From Octopus sinensis (lineage: Eukaryota), in contig NW_021833489.1 in the NCBI RefSeq assembly GCF_006345805.1, positions 1 through 29,024 on the forward strand: a stretch of 29,024 nt of DNA. Direction: 5' to 3'. Below are positions 11,946 to 23,913 of the stretch, piece after piece. Position 1 is the stretch's first letter. The number at the start of each line of letters is the position of its first letter. The translations under genes were made by a program, and so were the position numbers. A model generated the notes under the pieces. It saw nothing but the letters and a program-made list of their open reading frames with translations, did not search any database and was not told where the DNA came from.

Positions 11946-12008
11946 TCATCATCATCATCATCATCATCATATTATTATTATTACTATTATTATTATTATT
12001 ATTATTAT
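11945..12008. repeat. (ATC)n(ATT)n trinucleotide microsatellite
   Basis: Directly visible. Confidence 0.93.
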
Positions 12009-12254
12009 GGTAACGTTTAAGTGGTTCACTTTTACATGACAAGCACGTCTTACTTGGCTACCTCCTCCTCCTCCTGTTCCACCTACTTCTCTACTGCCTT
12101 TTTACAACTTCCTCCTGCCCCGCTTCTGTCAATTTGTCTGTCTGTCAGCCTGCTCCTGCTGCTTACTGTTGCAGCATACGCATGCTTGTTCACACACACA
12201 CATTATACACGTGTTTGTATATGTGTGTGTGTGTACATTACATATATATATGTG

Positions 12255-12298
<44 letters not shown>

Positions 12299-12535
12299 TA
12301 TGCATGCAAATTATATACGCATACACACACACACATTATATATATATACTTTCTTCTTTCTCACATTCACTAATCTCTCACTTTTTCGCTTTATCACTCT
12401 CCCTCCATTTCTTTAATTCACTCTCTTTATCTCTCTTCCTCTCTTCCGATTTTCTTCACATCAGCTGGTTAATGCTGGTGCTCTTCTCACAGCAAACACG
12501 CGCGCAGACACGTATATATATATATATATATATAA

Positions 12536-12697
12536 GATGAGTTTCTTTCAATTTCCTTCTACCAAATCCATTCACAAGGCTTTGGCCTGACCGAGGCTAC
12601 AAAAGAAAACACTTGCCCAAGGTGCCACGCAGTGGGACTGAATTCCTACCATGTGGTTGGGAAGCAAGCTTCTTACCACACAGCTACGCCTGCGCCT
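12536..12697 (-). mobile_element. tRNA-derived SINE, 5' half
   Basis: Minus strand GGCGCAGGCGTAGCTGTGTGGTAAGAAGCTTGCTTCCCAACCACATGG...CAGTCCCACTGCGTGGCACCTTGGGCAAGTG. Same family as 12768-13170. Confidence 0.88.
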
Positions 12698-12735
12698 ATG
12701 TGTGTGCCCGTGTATGGGTGTATGTGAGAATATAC

Positions 12736-12767
<32 letters not shown>

Positions 12768-12768
<1 letters not shown>

Positions 12769-13170
12769 GGTGTAGGAGTGACTATGTGGTAAGTAGCTTG
12801 CTTACCAATCACATGGTTCCGGGTTCAGTCCCACTGCTTGGCACCTTGGGCAAGTGTCTTCTACTATAGCCTCGGGCCGAGCGGATTTGGTAGACGGAAA
12901 CTGAAAGAAGCCCGTCGTATATATGTATATATGTATATATACGTTTGTGTATATGTTTGTGTGTCTGTGTTTGTCCCCTACCCCCAATATCGCTTGACAA
13001 CCGATGCTGGTGTGTTTACGTCTCCGTAACTTAGCGGTTCGGCAAAGGAGACCGATAGAATAAGCACTTGGCTTACCAAGAATAAGTCCTGGGGTCGATT
13101 TGCTCGGCTAAAGGCAGTGCTCCAGCATGGCCATAGTCAAATAATTGAAACAAGTAAAAGAGAGTAAAAG
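12768..13170 (+). mobile_element. Full-length tRNA-derived SINE with internal microsatellite
   Basis: A-box-like GTGACTATGTGGT and B-box-like GGTTCAGTCCC. Central GGCACCTTGGGCAAGTG. Tail GTGCTCCAGCATGGCCATAGTCAAATAATTGAAACAAGTAAAAGAG. Confidence 0.9.
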
Positions 13171-13187
13171 ATATATATATATGAACG

Positions 13188-13226
<39 letters not shown>

Positions 13227-13398
13227 ACGTATATGTGTGCGTGTGTTCGTGCGTGAGCATGTATCTATACGTATGTATGTGTTTATGTATGTATATATGT
13301 ATTTACATATAAAATTTATTTTTATCCAAGATTTATCTCCCTTCTATCTCACCTACCACACGTTCTCTCCTCCTCTTTGTACACTCGCGTGTATTTGA

Positions 13399-13616
<218 letters not shown>

Positions 13617-13879
13617 AGGGACGGAGAGAGTTTAGAAGCGAGGAAGTCGGAGTAACAATATTTCGTGAAGTTTTCTCTTTCTGTTAAAATTTGAGTGTTC
13701 TTTCTGTCTCTGTATTTGCCTCTCTCTTCCCCGTCTCTATACGTGTGTGTGTGTGTCTGTATGAAATAAATATTTGTATTTCACGGAGTTCCACTTAATT
13801 CGTGTAAACAGTGCATTTCCCTCATTAATTTTCCATAACCAATTATATATTATAGCTGAGACACACACAAGACGTGTAT

Positions 13880-13890
13880 TTCTCTTTCTC

Positions 13891-13931
<41 letters not shown>

Positions 13932-14672
13932 CTACTACCCTCTTACTTTTGCTTTCGCTCTTTTCACCTCTGATTTCTAATGTTCTCTACTGACCCTCTC
14001 TATCTCTCATTCTTTTTCTATGTATCTCTCTTTATCTTTTTTCCTCCCACTCTCATACACAATTTCCATTTCACTCTTACTCTCTACTTCGTCTCTCTCC
14101 CTCTGTTTCCTGTTGACCATTGTCCTTTACATACACCATTACGCGTAATACACTCACCCTTTCTTTCTTACTCCCACCACCAATACCTCTGCCACCGCCT
14201 TACTTTTCCTTTCTGTGTGGTTTTTAATTCGCCCTCTCCTTCAGCAATTCCTTCCTTCCTTTCTTTCTTTTACCCTCTTTCCTCCACCTTTCTCTCTTAT
14301 CCTTCCTTTGGCTACCTCTCTCATACATATTACTCTCCTTCTGCCTCATGTTTACGTCACTGTCTTCAACATTTCATCTTTCTCACATTCTCTCTTCCGT
14401 CTTTCACTCCTCCCCCTCTTTCTCTCAGACCTTTTCCTTCTTTTCTTTCTTTACTCACCTCTTACTTACCTAACTGCTGTGATTTTCGTTTTTGTTTTTT
14501 TTTACACTCTCCTCGTAATGTTTTGCTTTCCTCTGTCTCTCTGCCACTCTCTCTCCATACATCTCCATGTTTCTCTTTTTTCTCTCTCTTAATTCGTATA
14601 TTTCTATTCCTTTTGCATTCTTTTTCCGCTCCTTTCTATATTGCTTTCTTGTTTGTGTCAGATCTTTCCTTT
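13880..14672. repeat. Long pyrimidine-rich (C/T) low-complexity tract
   Basis: About 0.8 kb dominated by CT/CTT/CCT runs. Confidence 0.85.
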
Positions 14673-14829
14673 TAATGCCCCATCATCCGTATCACAGCGG
14701 CAAATAAAAGAAATAGTAAGGTTTTCACACTATTAAGAGGTCTCAAAACATTGGGGACGATACAGGATAATGCGATGTGGGATTACACAAAGGAGCATGT
14801 AAAAAGAAGAACAATAGTCAATATAAAAT

Positions 14830-17220
14830 TCAATATTGAATAATTCTCCAAAAGAGTAAGACTTCCTTACCCTAACCCGCGGAAATTCCTCAAAACGACA
14901 GCAGTCGCTCTAATTACATGGGCAAGGGCTCTCTCCTTATCTTCTTTCAATGAAAAGGCGCATTCTCAGAATAGGTCCATCTTTGTCACATTCAGCCATC
15001 TTTCAACGAAATTGCTGTGAAGTAGTACTTTGCTCCACTCTTACTATCCTTTCAAGTAAAAGTTTAAAATGTTGATGAGTGATGACGACTTGGTTAAAGA
15101 GGAAGGAGTCTGTTTTCAGCCGTTTCAATCTGGCCCACCACACAACCTCTTTCACCAAGGTCACCGGGCAGATAACCACTGCCTGTCCGTCTTGGCCAAA
15201 GAAGGTAACAGGGCGACCTTCGCAATGGACGCAACCGATAGCCAGAGTAGTCCTACATACGAGAGCACGTGTTCGGGAAAATCTCACTTGTCAGTAATGC
15301 TCGGGCACTGGACGAATGTGTGTAGGACAGTTTCGTCACTCTACTTGCACCTCGGGCGGGCTCACCTGACGTAACGTCTATGCAAGTTGAACTTATCCCG
15401 AACTAGCAATGATCCCCCAGTAGCACTGCAGCCCGAAGATTTTAAGAAACTATCCATGGCTCTCGGTCGAAATTCCTCCAGAGCTGATCAGCCACTTGGT
15501 CCTCGCCAACATCAAGATTCTCTGCGAGAACGTCGTCGTTGTTACTCGCAACATATAGAACGCAAAAGTGGAACTGCCACCAACCGCATTGCCCAACAAG
15601 CTGAAGGCTGTGAATACCTGAAGACACTCAACACTCTAAATGCCAGACGTCCTACCTTGATCCACTGCTGCTGATCAGTTAAAAAGCCAAGGTGCAGAAA
15701 GCGAGTCTGATAACCGGTGACCACACCTGCTTATCGTCAAAGAATTAGAGACGCATCATCAGTCACGAGAAGCCCAGTCTTTCAGCGAGTGTTGACAACA
15801 AATGGAGGCCAAGCCAGTTGAACGCGTTCCTTTCCCAAAAAGAGGAAGTTTATGCGTTCCAGTCTGGTTAAATGTGAACTGGATCAAGATATGACGGCCA
15901 GACGGTAATATGTGACGATGGTAATGTATACATCCTCCATCTCTGCCCAACCTTTCATGATCTGAACCAAAATAGACTCCGAGCAATTTAACTGGTCCAT
16001 CCATTTAGCGTCCCATGATGTATTGGACGGCATACACCTGCTTCTCCAAGTGACGAACCGCCGGACCAGTAACTTCTTGCTTGATTTAGTTCCTGTTACC
16101 GCCTCGTATTCCCTTAGAGCAGTGCCTTTATGCGTTTGTCCGATACTACGATAGTGACGTCGTCTGTATACGCCAACACAATTCTCTTACTTCTTTGTTC
16201 ACGAGGGGTTGCATCTTAACGCCGCCAGTTTCCGAAGTAATGACTCTAGACCAGTACATACAGGGGTACAGAGAGGAGACATCTTTGACGGACCGAGTGT
16301 ATGATAATGAATGGTTCCAATAGGTAATCATTTACCCGAACTATCGAGTTGAACTTGCGGTATATTGCAGCAATCAAACCACGGAAGACGGGAGCGAAAC
16401 TGACTGCCTAAAGAAGAATCGTCAAGTATTGTTAGTTGACCCTATCAAAGGCTTTTGATTGACCCAGATTGATCAGAGCTCCACCCATGCCAGGTACTTT
16501 ATCTACCCTTTATATAATGGCTTGCATAAGGTGGAGGTTGTGGTGGATAGATCTGCTTGAGACGACGCATGTTTGTGCAAAATCAGTTAGTAAATAGAAG
16601 GCGAACGCTAACCTCTTCGCAAAAATACCCTAGACGAAAATTTTGAAATCTGCGTTTATCAGAGTTATGGGCCGAAGATTAAGTATTTGATTCCCCTTGC
16701 TTTGGCTTTTCTCGGCAGTGGCAGTTCTTCCACTCACAGACCTGGAAAATTTCCCGTTCTAGAACCAGTTTCAGTCAATATCTATCATGAGACATCCAAA
16801 TAAGTCTGGCATGTTAAGAGTTAAGATTGTAGGATTGATCATCGATCCTCAGTGGCTTTACCCTATGCAACCAGTCAATATTTCCCGTAAGCGAGAGGCT
16901 TTTGCGTTAGTCTACTTCTGCCGGTTAGCCGCACACAGTTCAAGGTACCCTGTTGGTCCCTAGCTAGCATTAAGGATTCGAATGTTTGAAGAAATCTGAC
17001 CACTTGGTTGTATTGGATTAAAAAGTCCCAGAAACTTATCTCACGGGTCCAAGAAGATGGTCCATATTGCGAGATCCGGATCTTTCTGAATAAACGCAGC
17101 AGCTCCACCTCCCAACCCTGGTCGAATTGTTGATAAGTAGATCACGTGTCCACAGAAAATGGAAGTGAAGGGTCGTGGATCAGAGACCCTCGTCTTGCTG
17201 ATAGTTATTTCTATACCTAA
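14830..17220 (-). mobile_element. Heavily decayed Tx1/L1-clade LINE ORF2 (RT plus C-terminal CCHC)
   Basis: Minus-strand motifs in order: NLRPITLINADFKI, RSIHHNL, ALINLGQSKAFDRV, SVRQ, YTDDVTI, GPVKLLGVYFG, PRCK*SDETVLHTFVQCP, VRVE. Many stops and frameshifts. Boundaries are approximate. Confidence 0.85.
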
Positions 17221-17503
17221 CGATCTGAGGTCATTGAGAAAGTAACCCTACTTCCAAGGCAAACTCAGTTTACATACCTTTACATTGCCTATTGTGAGAG
17301 GCTATCTATGTTCAGCAGAAGGAAGAAAGTGGAGTGAAGAAAATTAGATTTTCACAAGCAATTCTTTCCACAGTCAGTTCTTTTGCTAACATCCCCTCTG
17401 AAGGATATTTTTTATAGCATTGCACAGATGTAAACAAGCAATAATAAATCTCTGAACGAGGTATAAACAGTAGCTGCACGACAAAGTGAAGTATATTTGC
17501 TAC

Positions 17504-17507
<4 letters not shown>

Positions 17508-17578
<71 letters not shown>
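17508..17578. repeat. (TA)n microsatellite
   Basis: Directly visible. Confidence 0.95.
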
Positions 17579-17580
<2 letters not shown>

Positions 17581-17829
17581 AAGTGGCAATCTCCGGATAT
17601 TTTTTATAGCTTTGCACATATTTTTTGTTTTGTTTGAATGATTTTTTATGTGTTCGTGTGCTTTGATGTGTATGTTTCATTAATTCTTTGTCGTTTGCAT
17701 TTAAAACGGTGTAGTTTATTTCTGAGTTGTTCTAAGTTTTGGTGAATGTTGAGTTTTGCAGGTGTTTGTGATGCTAGTTGCGTCTGTGATGGTAAAGATT
17801 GTAATGGAGTTAGTTCATACAGAAGGAGA

Positions 17830-18330
17830 GAAAAAGGACATCATAGACGAACCGAATGCATGATACTGAACGATTTCAACGGGTAGCCTTATATTCTGAT
17901 CACTGAACTATTGCCGTTGTGCACTGCAGTGATCCAGCCTCTGAAGAGGGGATCGAAACCAACTTTATTGATAGCTATCAAATATTGATAATCGACCCTT
18001 TCTAAAACTTTCGTCTGTTCAACATTGATCAGTGCCCCAGCAGTACCAGGTTCCTTACCTACCCTTTCGACGATCGTTCGTGTAAACTGGAGGTTGTTAT
18101 TGATAGATCTTTGAGATGGCATATATTACCACATCACCACTAGGAATTCTATTCTACTGCCAATTGCAGTGGATATTTGCAAGTTTGTTATATGAAAGGA
18201 AAGTTCGTAAGGCAGACTATCCAGCTCGGTGACTTCTCTTTCATGCAGTCTATTTGGCTTGATACAGATCACAAATTTCTGTATTTCATCGGCTTCTTTG
18301 CAGAACTCCACATTCTCAGTCGAGAATGGC
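17830..18330 (-). mobile_element. Second Tx1/L1-clade RT fragment
   Basis: LDSLPYEL, RSINNNL, GALINVEQTKVLERVDYQYL, GFDPLFRGWITAVH. This covers the same RT region as part of the 14830-17220 copy, so it is a separate copy. Confidence 0.8.
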
Positions 18331-21300
18331 ACTGGTTATGCTAGTGGTGGTGGTGGTCCAGGTGGTGCTTGTGGTGCTTGTGGTGCTTGTGGTGTTGGTC
18401 TTACTAGTGGTGTTGGTGGTGCTTGTGGTGCTAGATGTGATGGTGGTGTTGCTCATGGCAGTGGTGCTTGTGGTGCTGAAGAAGCAAATGATGGTGCTAG
18501 TGAGGGTGGTGGTATTGGTCTTGCTAGTGATGTTGGTGTTGCTTGTGGTGCTGCTGATGCTAGTGGTGGTTATGGTGTCGGAGTTTCTTGTGGGGGCTGT
18601 GGTTACACTGGTGCTGGTGGTGTTGGTGTTGCTAGTCCTGTTTGTGGTGTTGGTGGTGCTCTTTGTGGTGGAGGTGGTGCGGATTGTGGTCCTAGTTGTA
18701 GTGCTGGTGTTGGGGCTGCTAGAGTTGCTTGTGGTGCTAATTGTGCTTGTGGTGTTGGTGGTTCTAGTGGTTCTGGTGGTGCTAGTGGTGGTGGTGTTGG
18801 TATCGGTGCTGCTAATGTTGCTTGTATTGTCGGTGGTGCTAGTGGTGCTTGTGGTGTAGGTGGTGCGAGTGGTGCTTGTGGTGGTGATAGTGCTGGTGGT
18901 GCAAGTGATGTTTGCGGTGTTGGTAGTGCTAGTGGTGCTGTAGATGTCGGTGGTGCTAATGGTGTTACAGGTTGTGGTAGTGGTACTTGTGGTACTTGTG
19001 GTGCTGGTGGAGCTAGTCGCGCTGGTGGTGTTAGTGCTGCTAATAGTGCTGGAGGTGCTAGTGGTGTTGGTGGTGCTAGAGGTGCTTGTGGAGCTAGTGG
19101 TGGATGTGGTGTTGGTGATTCTAGTGGTGCTGGCAGGGCTAGTATTTATGGTGGTGTTGGTGGTGATAGTGCTGCTGTAGATGTTGGTGGTGCTAGTGGT
19201 ATTGGTTGTGCTAGAGGTAGTGGTGGTGGTGTTGGTGGTGGTGCTAGTCGTGCTGGTGGTGCTAGTCGTGCTGGTGGTGCTAGTGGTGTTTGTGGTGCAA
19301 GTGGTGTTTGTGGTGCTAGTCGTGCTGGTGGTGCTAGTGGTGTTGGTGGTGCAAGTGGTGTTTGTGGTGCTAGTGGTGTTTGTGGTGCTAGTGGTGTTTG
19401 TGGTGCTAGTGATGTTGGTGGTGTTAGTGGTGTTTGTGGTGCTAGTGGTGTTTGTGGTGCTAGTGGTTGGTGGCGGTTGGTAGGGAGTGGTTTTGTGGTG
19501 CTAGTGGTGTTGGTGGTGCTAGTGGTGTTGGTGGTGCTAGTGGTGTTGGTGGTGCTAGTGGTGTTTGTGGTGCAGTGGTGTGTGGTGCTAGTCGTGCTGT
19601 GTGCTAGTGGGTGGGTGGTGGTGCAAGTGGTGTGTGGTGCTAGTGGTGTTTGTGGTGCTAGTGGTGTTTGTGGTGCTAGTGATGTTGGTGGTGTTAGTGG
19701 TGTTTGTGGTGCTAGTGGTGTTTGTGGTGCTAGTTGTGTTGGCGGTGCTAGTGGTGTTGGTGGTGTTAGTGGTGTTTGTGGTGCTAGTGGTGTTTGTGGT
19801 GCTAGTGATGTTGGTGGTGTTAGTGGTGTTTGTGGTGCTAGTATGTTGGTGGTGCTAGTGGTGTTTGTGGTGCTAATGGGTGTGTGGTGCTAGTGAGTTG
19901 ATGTTGGTGGGGTTAGTGGTGTTTGTGGTGCTAGTGTGTGGCGGTGCTTAGTGGTGTTTGTGGTGCTAGTGATGTTGGTGGTGTTGGTAGTGGGTTGTGG
20001 TGCTAGTGGTGTTGGCGGTGCAAGTGGTGTTTGTGGTGCTAGTGATGTTGGTGGTGTTAGTGGTGTTTGTGGTGCTAGTATTGTTGGTGGTGCTAGTGGT
20101 GTTTGTGGAGCTAGTGGTGTTGGTGGTGCTAGTGGTGTTTGTGGTGCTAGTATTGTTGGCGGTGCTAGTGGTGTTGGTGGTGCTAGTGGTGTTGGTGGTG
20201 CTAGTGGTGTTTGTGGTGCTAGTGATGTTGGTGGTGTTAGTGGTGTTTGTGGTGCTAGTATTGTTGGTGGTGCTAGTGGTGTTTGTGGAGCTAGTGGTGT
20301 TGGTGGTGCTAGTGGTGTTTGTGGTGCTAGTATTGTTGGTGGTGTTAGTGGTGTTTGTGGTGCTAGTGATGTTGGTGGTGTTAGTGGTGTTTGTGGTGCT
20401 AGTATTGTTGGTGGTGCTAGTGGTGTTTGTGGTGCTAGTGGTGTTTGTGGTGCTAGTGATGTTGGTGGTGTTAGTGGTGTTTGTGGTGCTAGTGGTGTTG
20501 GCGGTGCTAGTGGTGTTTGTGGTGCTAGTGATGTTGGTGGTGTTTGTGGTGCTAGTGGTGTTGGCGGTGCATGTGGTGTTTGTGGTGCTAGTGATGTTGG
20601 TGGTGTTAGTGGTGTTTGTGGTGCTAGTATTGTTGGTGGTGCTAGTGGTGTTTGTGGTGCTAGTGGTGTTTGTGGTGCTAGTGATGTTGGTGGTGTTAGT
20701 GGTGTTTCTGGTGCTAGTGGTGTTGGCGGTGCTAGTGGTGTTTCTGGTGCAAGTGGTGTTGGTGGTGCTAGTTGTGTTGGTGTTGGTGCTAGTGGTGTGG
20801 TGGTGCTAGTGGTGTTTGTGGAGCTAGTGGTGTTTGTGGAGCTAGTGGTGTTTGTGGTGCTAGTGGTGTTTGTGGAGCTAGTGGTGTTGGTGGTGCTAGT
20901 GGTGTTGCGGTGCTAGTGGGTTTGTGGTGCTAGTGGTGTTTGTGGAGCTAGGGGTGTTGGTTGGTGCTAGTGTGTGGTGGTGGTGCTAGTGGTGTTGTGG
21001 TGTGCTAGTGTGGTGTTTGTGGTGCAAGTGGTGTTTGTATGGTGTAGTGGTGTTTGTGGTGCTAGTGGTGGTGTTGGTGGTGCTAGTGGTGTTGGCGGTG
21101 TGCTAGTGGTGTTGTGGAGCTAGTGGTGTTGGCGGTGCTAGTGGTGTTTGTGGTGCTAGTGGTGTTGGTGGTGCTAGTGGTTTGTTTGTTGTGGGCTTGT
21201 GCTAGTGGTGTTTGTGGTGCTAGTGATGTTGGTGGTGTTAGTGGTGTTTGTTGTGGTGTGCTAGTGGTGTTGTTGCTGGTGCTAGTGGTGTTGGCGGTGC

Positions 21301-23913
21301 TAGTGGTGTTTCTGGTGCAAGTGGTGTTGGTGGTGCTAGTTGTGTTGGTGGTGCTAGTGGTGTTGGTGGTGCTAGTGGTGTTTGTGGAGCTAGTGGTGTT
21401 TGTGGAGCTAGTGGTGTTTGTGGTGCTAGTGGTGTTTGTGGAGCTAGTGGTGTTGGTGGTGCTAGTGGTGTTGGCGGTGCTAGTGGTGTTTGTGGAGCTA
21501 GTGGTGTTTGTGGAGCTAGTGGTGTTTGTGGTGCTAGTTGTGTTGGTGGTGCTAGTGGTGTTGGTGGTGCTAGTGGTGTTTGTGGTGCTAGTGGTGTTTG
21601 TGGTGCTAGTGGTGTTTGTGGTGCTAGTGGTGTTGGTGGTGCTAGTGGTGTTGGCGGTGCTAGTGGTGTTTGTGGAGCTAGTGGTGTTGGCGGTGCTAGT
21701 GGTGTTTGTGGTGCTAGTGGTGTTGGTGGTGCTAGTGGTGTTTGTGGTGCTAGTGGTGTTTGTGGTGCTAGTGATGTTGGTGGTGTTAGTGGTGTTTGTG
21801 GTGCTAGTGGTGTTGGCGGTGCTAGTGGTGTTTGTGGAGCTAGTGGTGTTGGCGGTGCTAGTGGTGTTTGTGGTGCTAGTGGTGTTGGTGGTGCTAGTGG
21901 TGTTGGCGGTGCTAGTGGTGTTTGTGGAGCTAGTGGTGTTGGCGGTGCTAGTGGTGTTTGTGGTGCTAGTGGTGTTGGTGGTGCTAGTGGTGTTTGTGGT
22001 GCTAGTGGTGTTTGTGGTGCTAGTGATGTTGGTGGTGTTAGTGGTGTTTGTGGTGCTAGTGGTGTTGGCGGTGCTAGTGGTGTTTGTGGAGCTAGTGGTG
22101 TTGGCGGTGCTAGTGGTGTTTGTGGTGCTAGTGGTGTTGGTGGTGCTAGTATTGTTGGTGGTGCAAGTGGTGTTTGTGGTGCTAGTGGTGTTGGTGGTGC
22201 TAGTGGTGTTTGTGGTGCTAGTGGTGTTTGTGGTGCTAGTGGTGTTGGCGGTGCTAGTGGTGTTTGTGGAGCTAGTGGTGTTGGCGGTGCTAGTGGTGTT
22301 TGTGTGCTAGTGGTGTTGTGGTGGTGCTAGTGGTGTTTGTGGTGCTAGTGGTGTTTGTGGTGCTAGTGATGTTGGTGGTGTTAGTGGTGTTTGTGGTGCT
22401 AGTGGTGTTGGCGGTGCTAGTGGTGTTTGTGGAGCTAGTGGTGTTGGCGGTGCTAGTGGTGTTTGTGGTGCTAGTGTGTTGGTGGGGGAGGGTGTTGTGT
22501 GGTGCTAGTTTTAGGTTGTTGTGGTGCTAGTGGTGGTTTGTGGTGCTAGTGGTGTTTGTGGTGCTAGTGGTGTTGTGTGGTGCTAGTGGTGTTGGTGGTG
22601 CTAGTGGTGTTGGCGGTGCTAGTGGTGTTTGTGGAGCTAGTGGTGTTGGCGGTGCTAGTGGTGTTTGTGGTGCTAGTGGTGTTGGTGGTGCTAGTGGTGT
22701 TTGTGGTGCTAGTGGTGTTGGTAGTGCTAGTATTGTTGGTGGTGCAAGTGGTGTTGGTGGTGTTAGTGGTGTTTGTGGTGCTAGTATTGTTGGTGGTGCA
22801 AGTGGTGTTGGTGGTGCTAGTGGTGTTGGTAGTGCTAGTATTGTTGGTGGTGCTAGTATTGTTGGTGGTGCTAGTGGTGTTTGTGGTGCTAGTGGTGTTT
22901 GTGGTGCTAGTGGTGTTTGTGGTGCTAGTGGTGTTGGTGGTGCTAGTGGTGTTTGTGGTGCTAGTGGTGTTGGTGGTGTTAGTGGTGTTTGTGGTGCTAG
23001 TGGTGTTGGTGGTGTTAGTGGTGTTGGTGGTGCTAGGAGTGTTTGTGGTGCTAGTGGTGTTGGTGGTGCAAGTGGTGTTGGTGGTGCTAGTGGTGTTGGT
23101 GGTGCTAGTGGTGTTTGTGGTGCTAGTGGTGTTGGTGGTGCTAGTGGTGTTGGTGGTGCTAGTGGTGTTGGTGGTGCTAGTGGTGTTGGTGGTGCTAGTA
23201 GTGTTGGTGGTGCTAGTATTGTTGGTGGTGTTAGTGGTGTTTGTGTGCTAGTGGTGTTAGTGGTGCTAGTATTGTTGGTGGTGCTAGTGGCGTTGGTGGT
23301 GCTAGTGGTGTTGGTGGCGCTAGTGGTGTTGGTAGTGCTAGTGATGTTGGTGGTGTTAATGGTGTTTGTGTGCTAGTGTTGTTTGTGGTGCTAGTGTTGT
23401 TGGTGGTGCTAATATTGTTGGTGGTGCTAGAGGTGCTTGTGGAGCTAGTGGTGGATGTGGTGTTGGTGGTTCTAGTGGTGCTGGCAGGGCTAGTATTTAT
23501 GGTGGTGTTGGTGGTGATAGTGTTGCTGTAAATACTGGTGGTGCTAGTGGTATTGGTTGTGCTACAGGTGGTGGTGGTGATTGTTGTGGTGCTGGTGGTG
23601 ATAGTGATGCTGGTGGAGCTAGTCGTGCTGGTGGTGTTGGAGGTGCTAGTGGTGTTGATGGTGCTAGTGGTGTTTGTGGTGCTAGTGGTGTTTGTGGTGT
23701 TTGTGGTGCTAGTGGTGTGTGTGGTGCTAGTGGTGTTTGTGGTGCTAGTGGTGTGTGTGGTGCTAGTGGTGTTGGTGGTGCTAGTGGTAATCGTGGTGCT
23801 AGTCATGCTGGTGGTGTTCGTGGTGCTAGTGTTTTTGGTGGTGCTAGTGGTGTTGATGGTGCTAGTGGTGTTGGTGGTGCTAGTGTTGTTGATGGTTCTT
23901 GTGGTGTTGGTGG
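18331..23913. repeat. 5.6-kb GT-rich minisatellite, core unit 18 bp GGTGCTAGTGGTGTT(T/G)GT, with degenerate NNT-triplet flanks
   Basis: Directly visible. Homogeneous core ~19250-23400, with 162-bp direct repeats at 19066-19227 and 23417-23578. Confidence 0.97.

Noticed and set aside
13980-14675. 231-aa Phe/Leu/Ser-rich membrane-like ORF
   Set aside because: It is a by-product of the pyrimidine tract, with no domain features.
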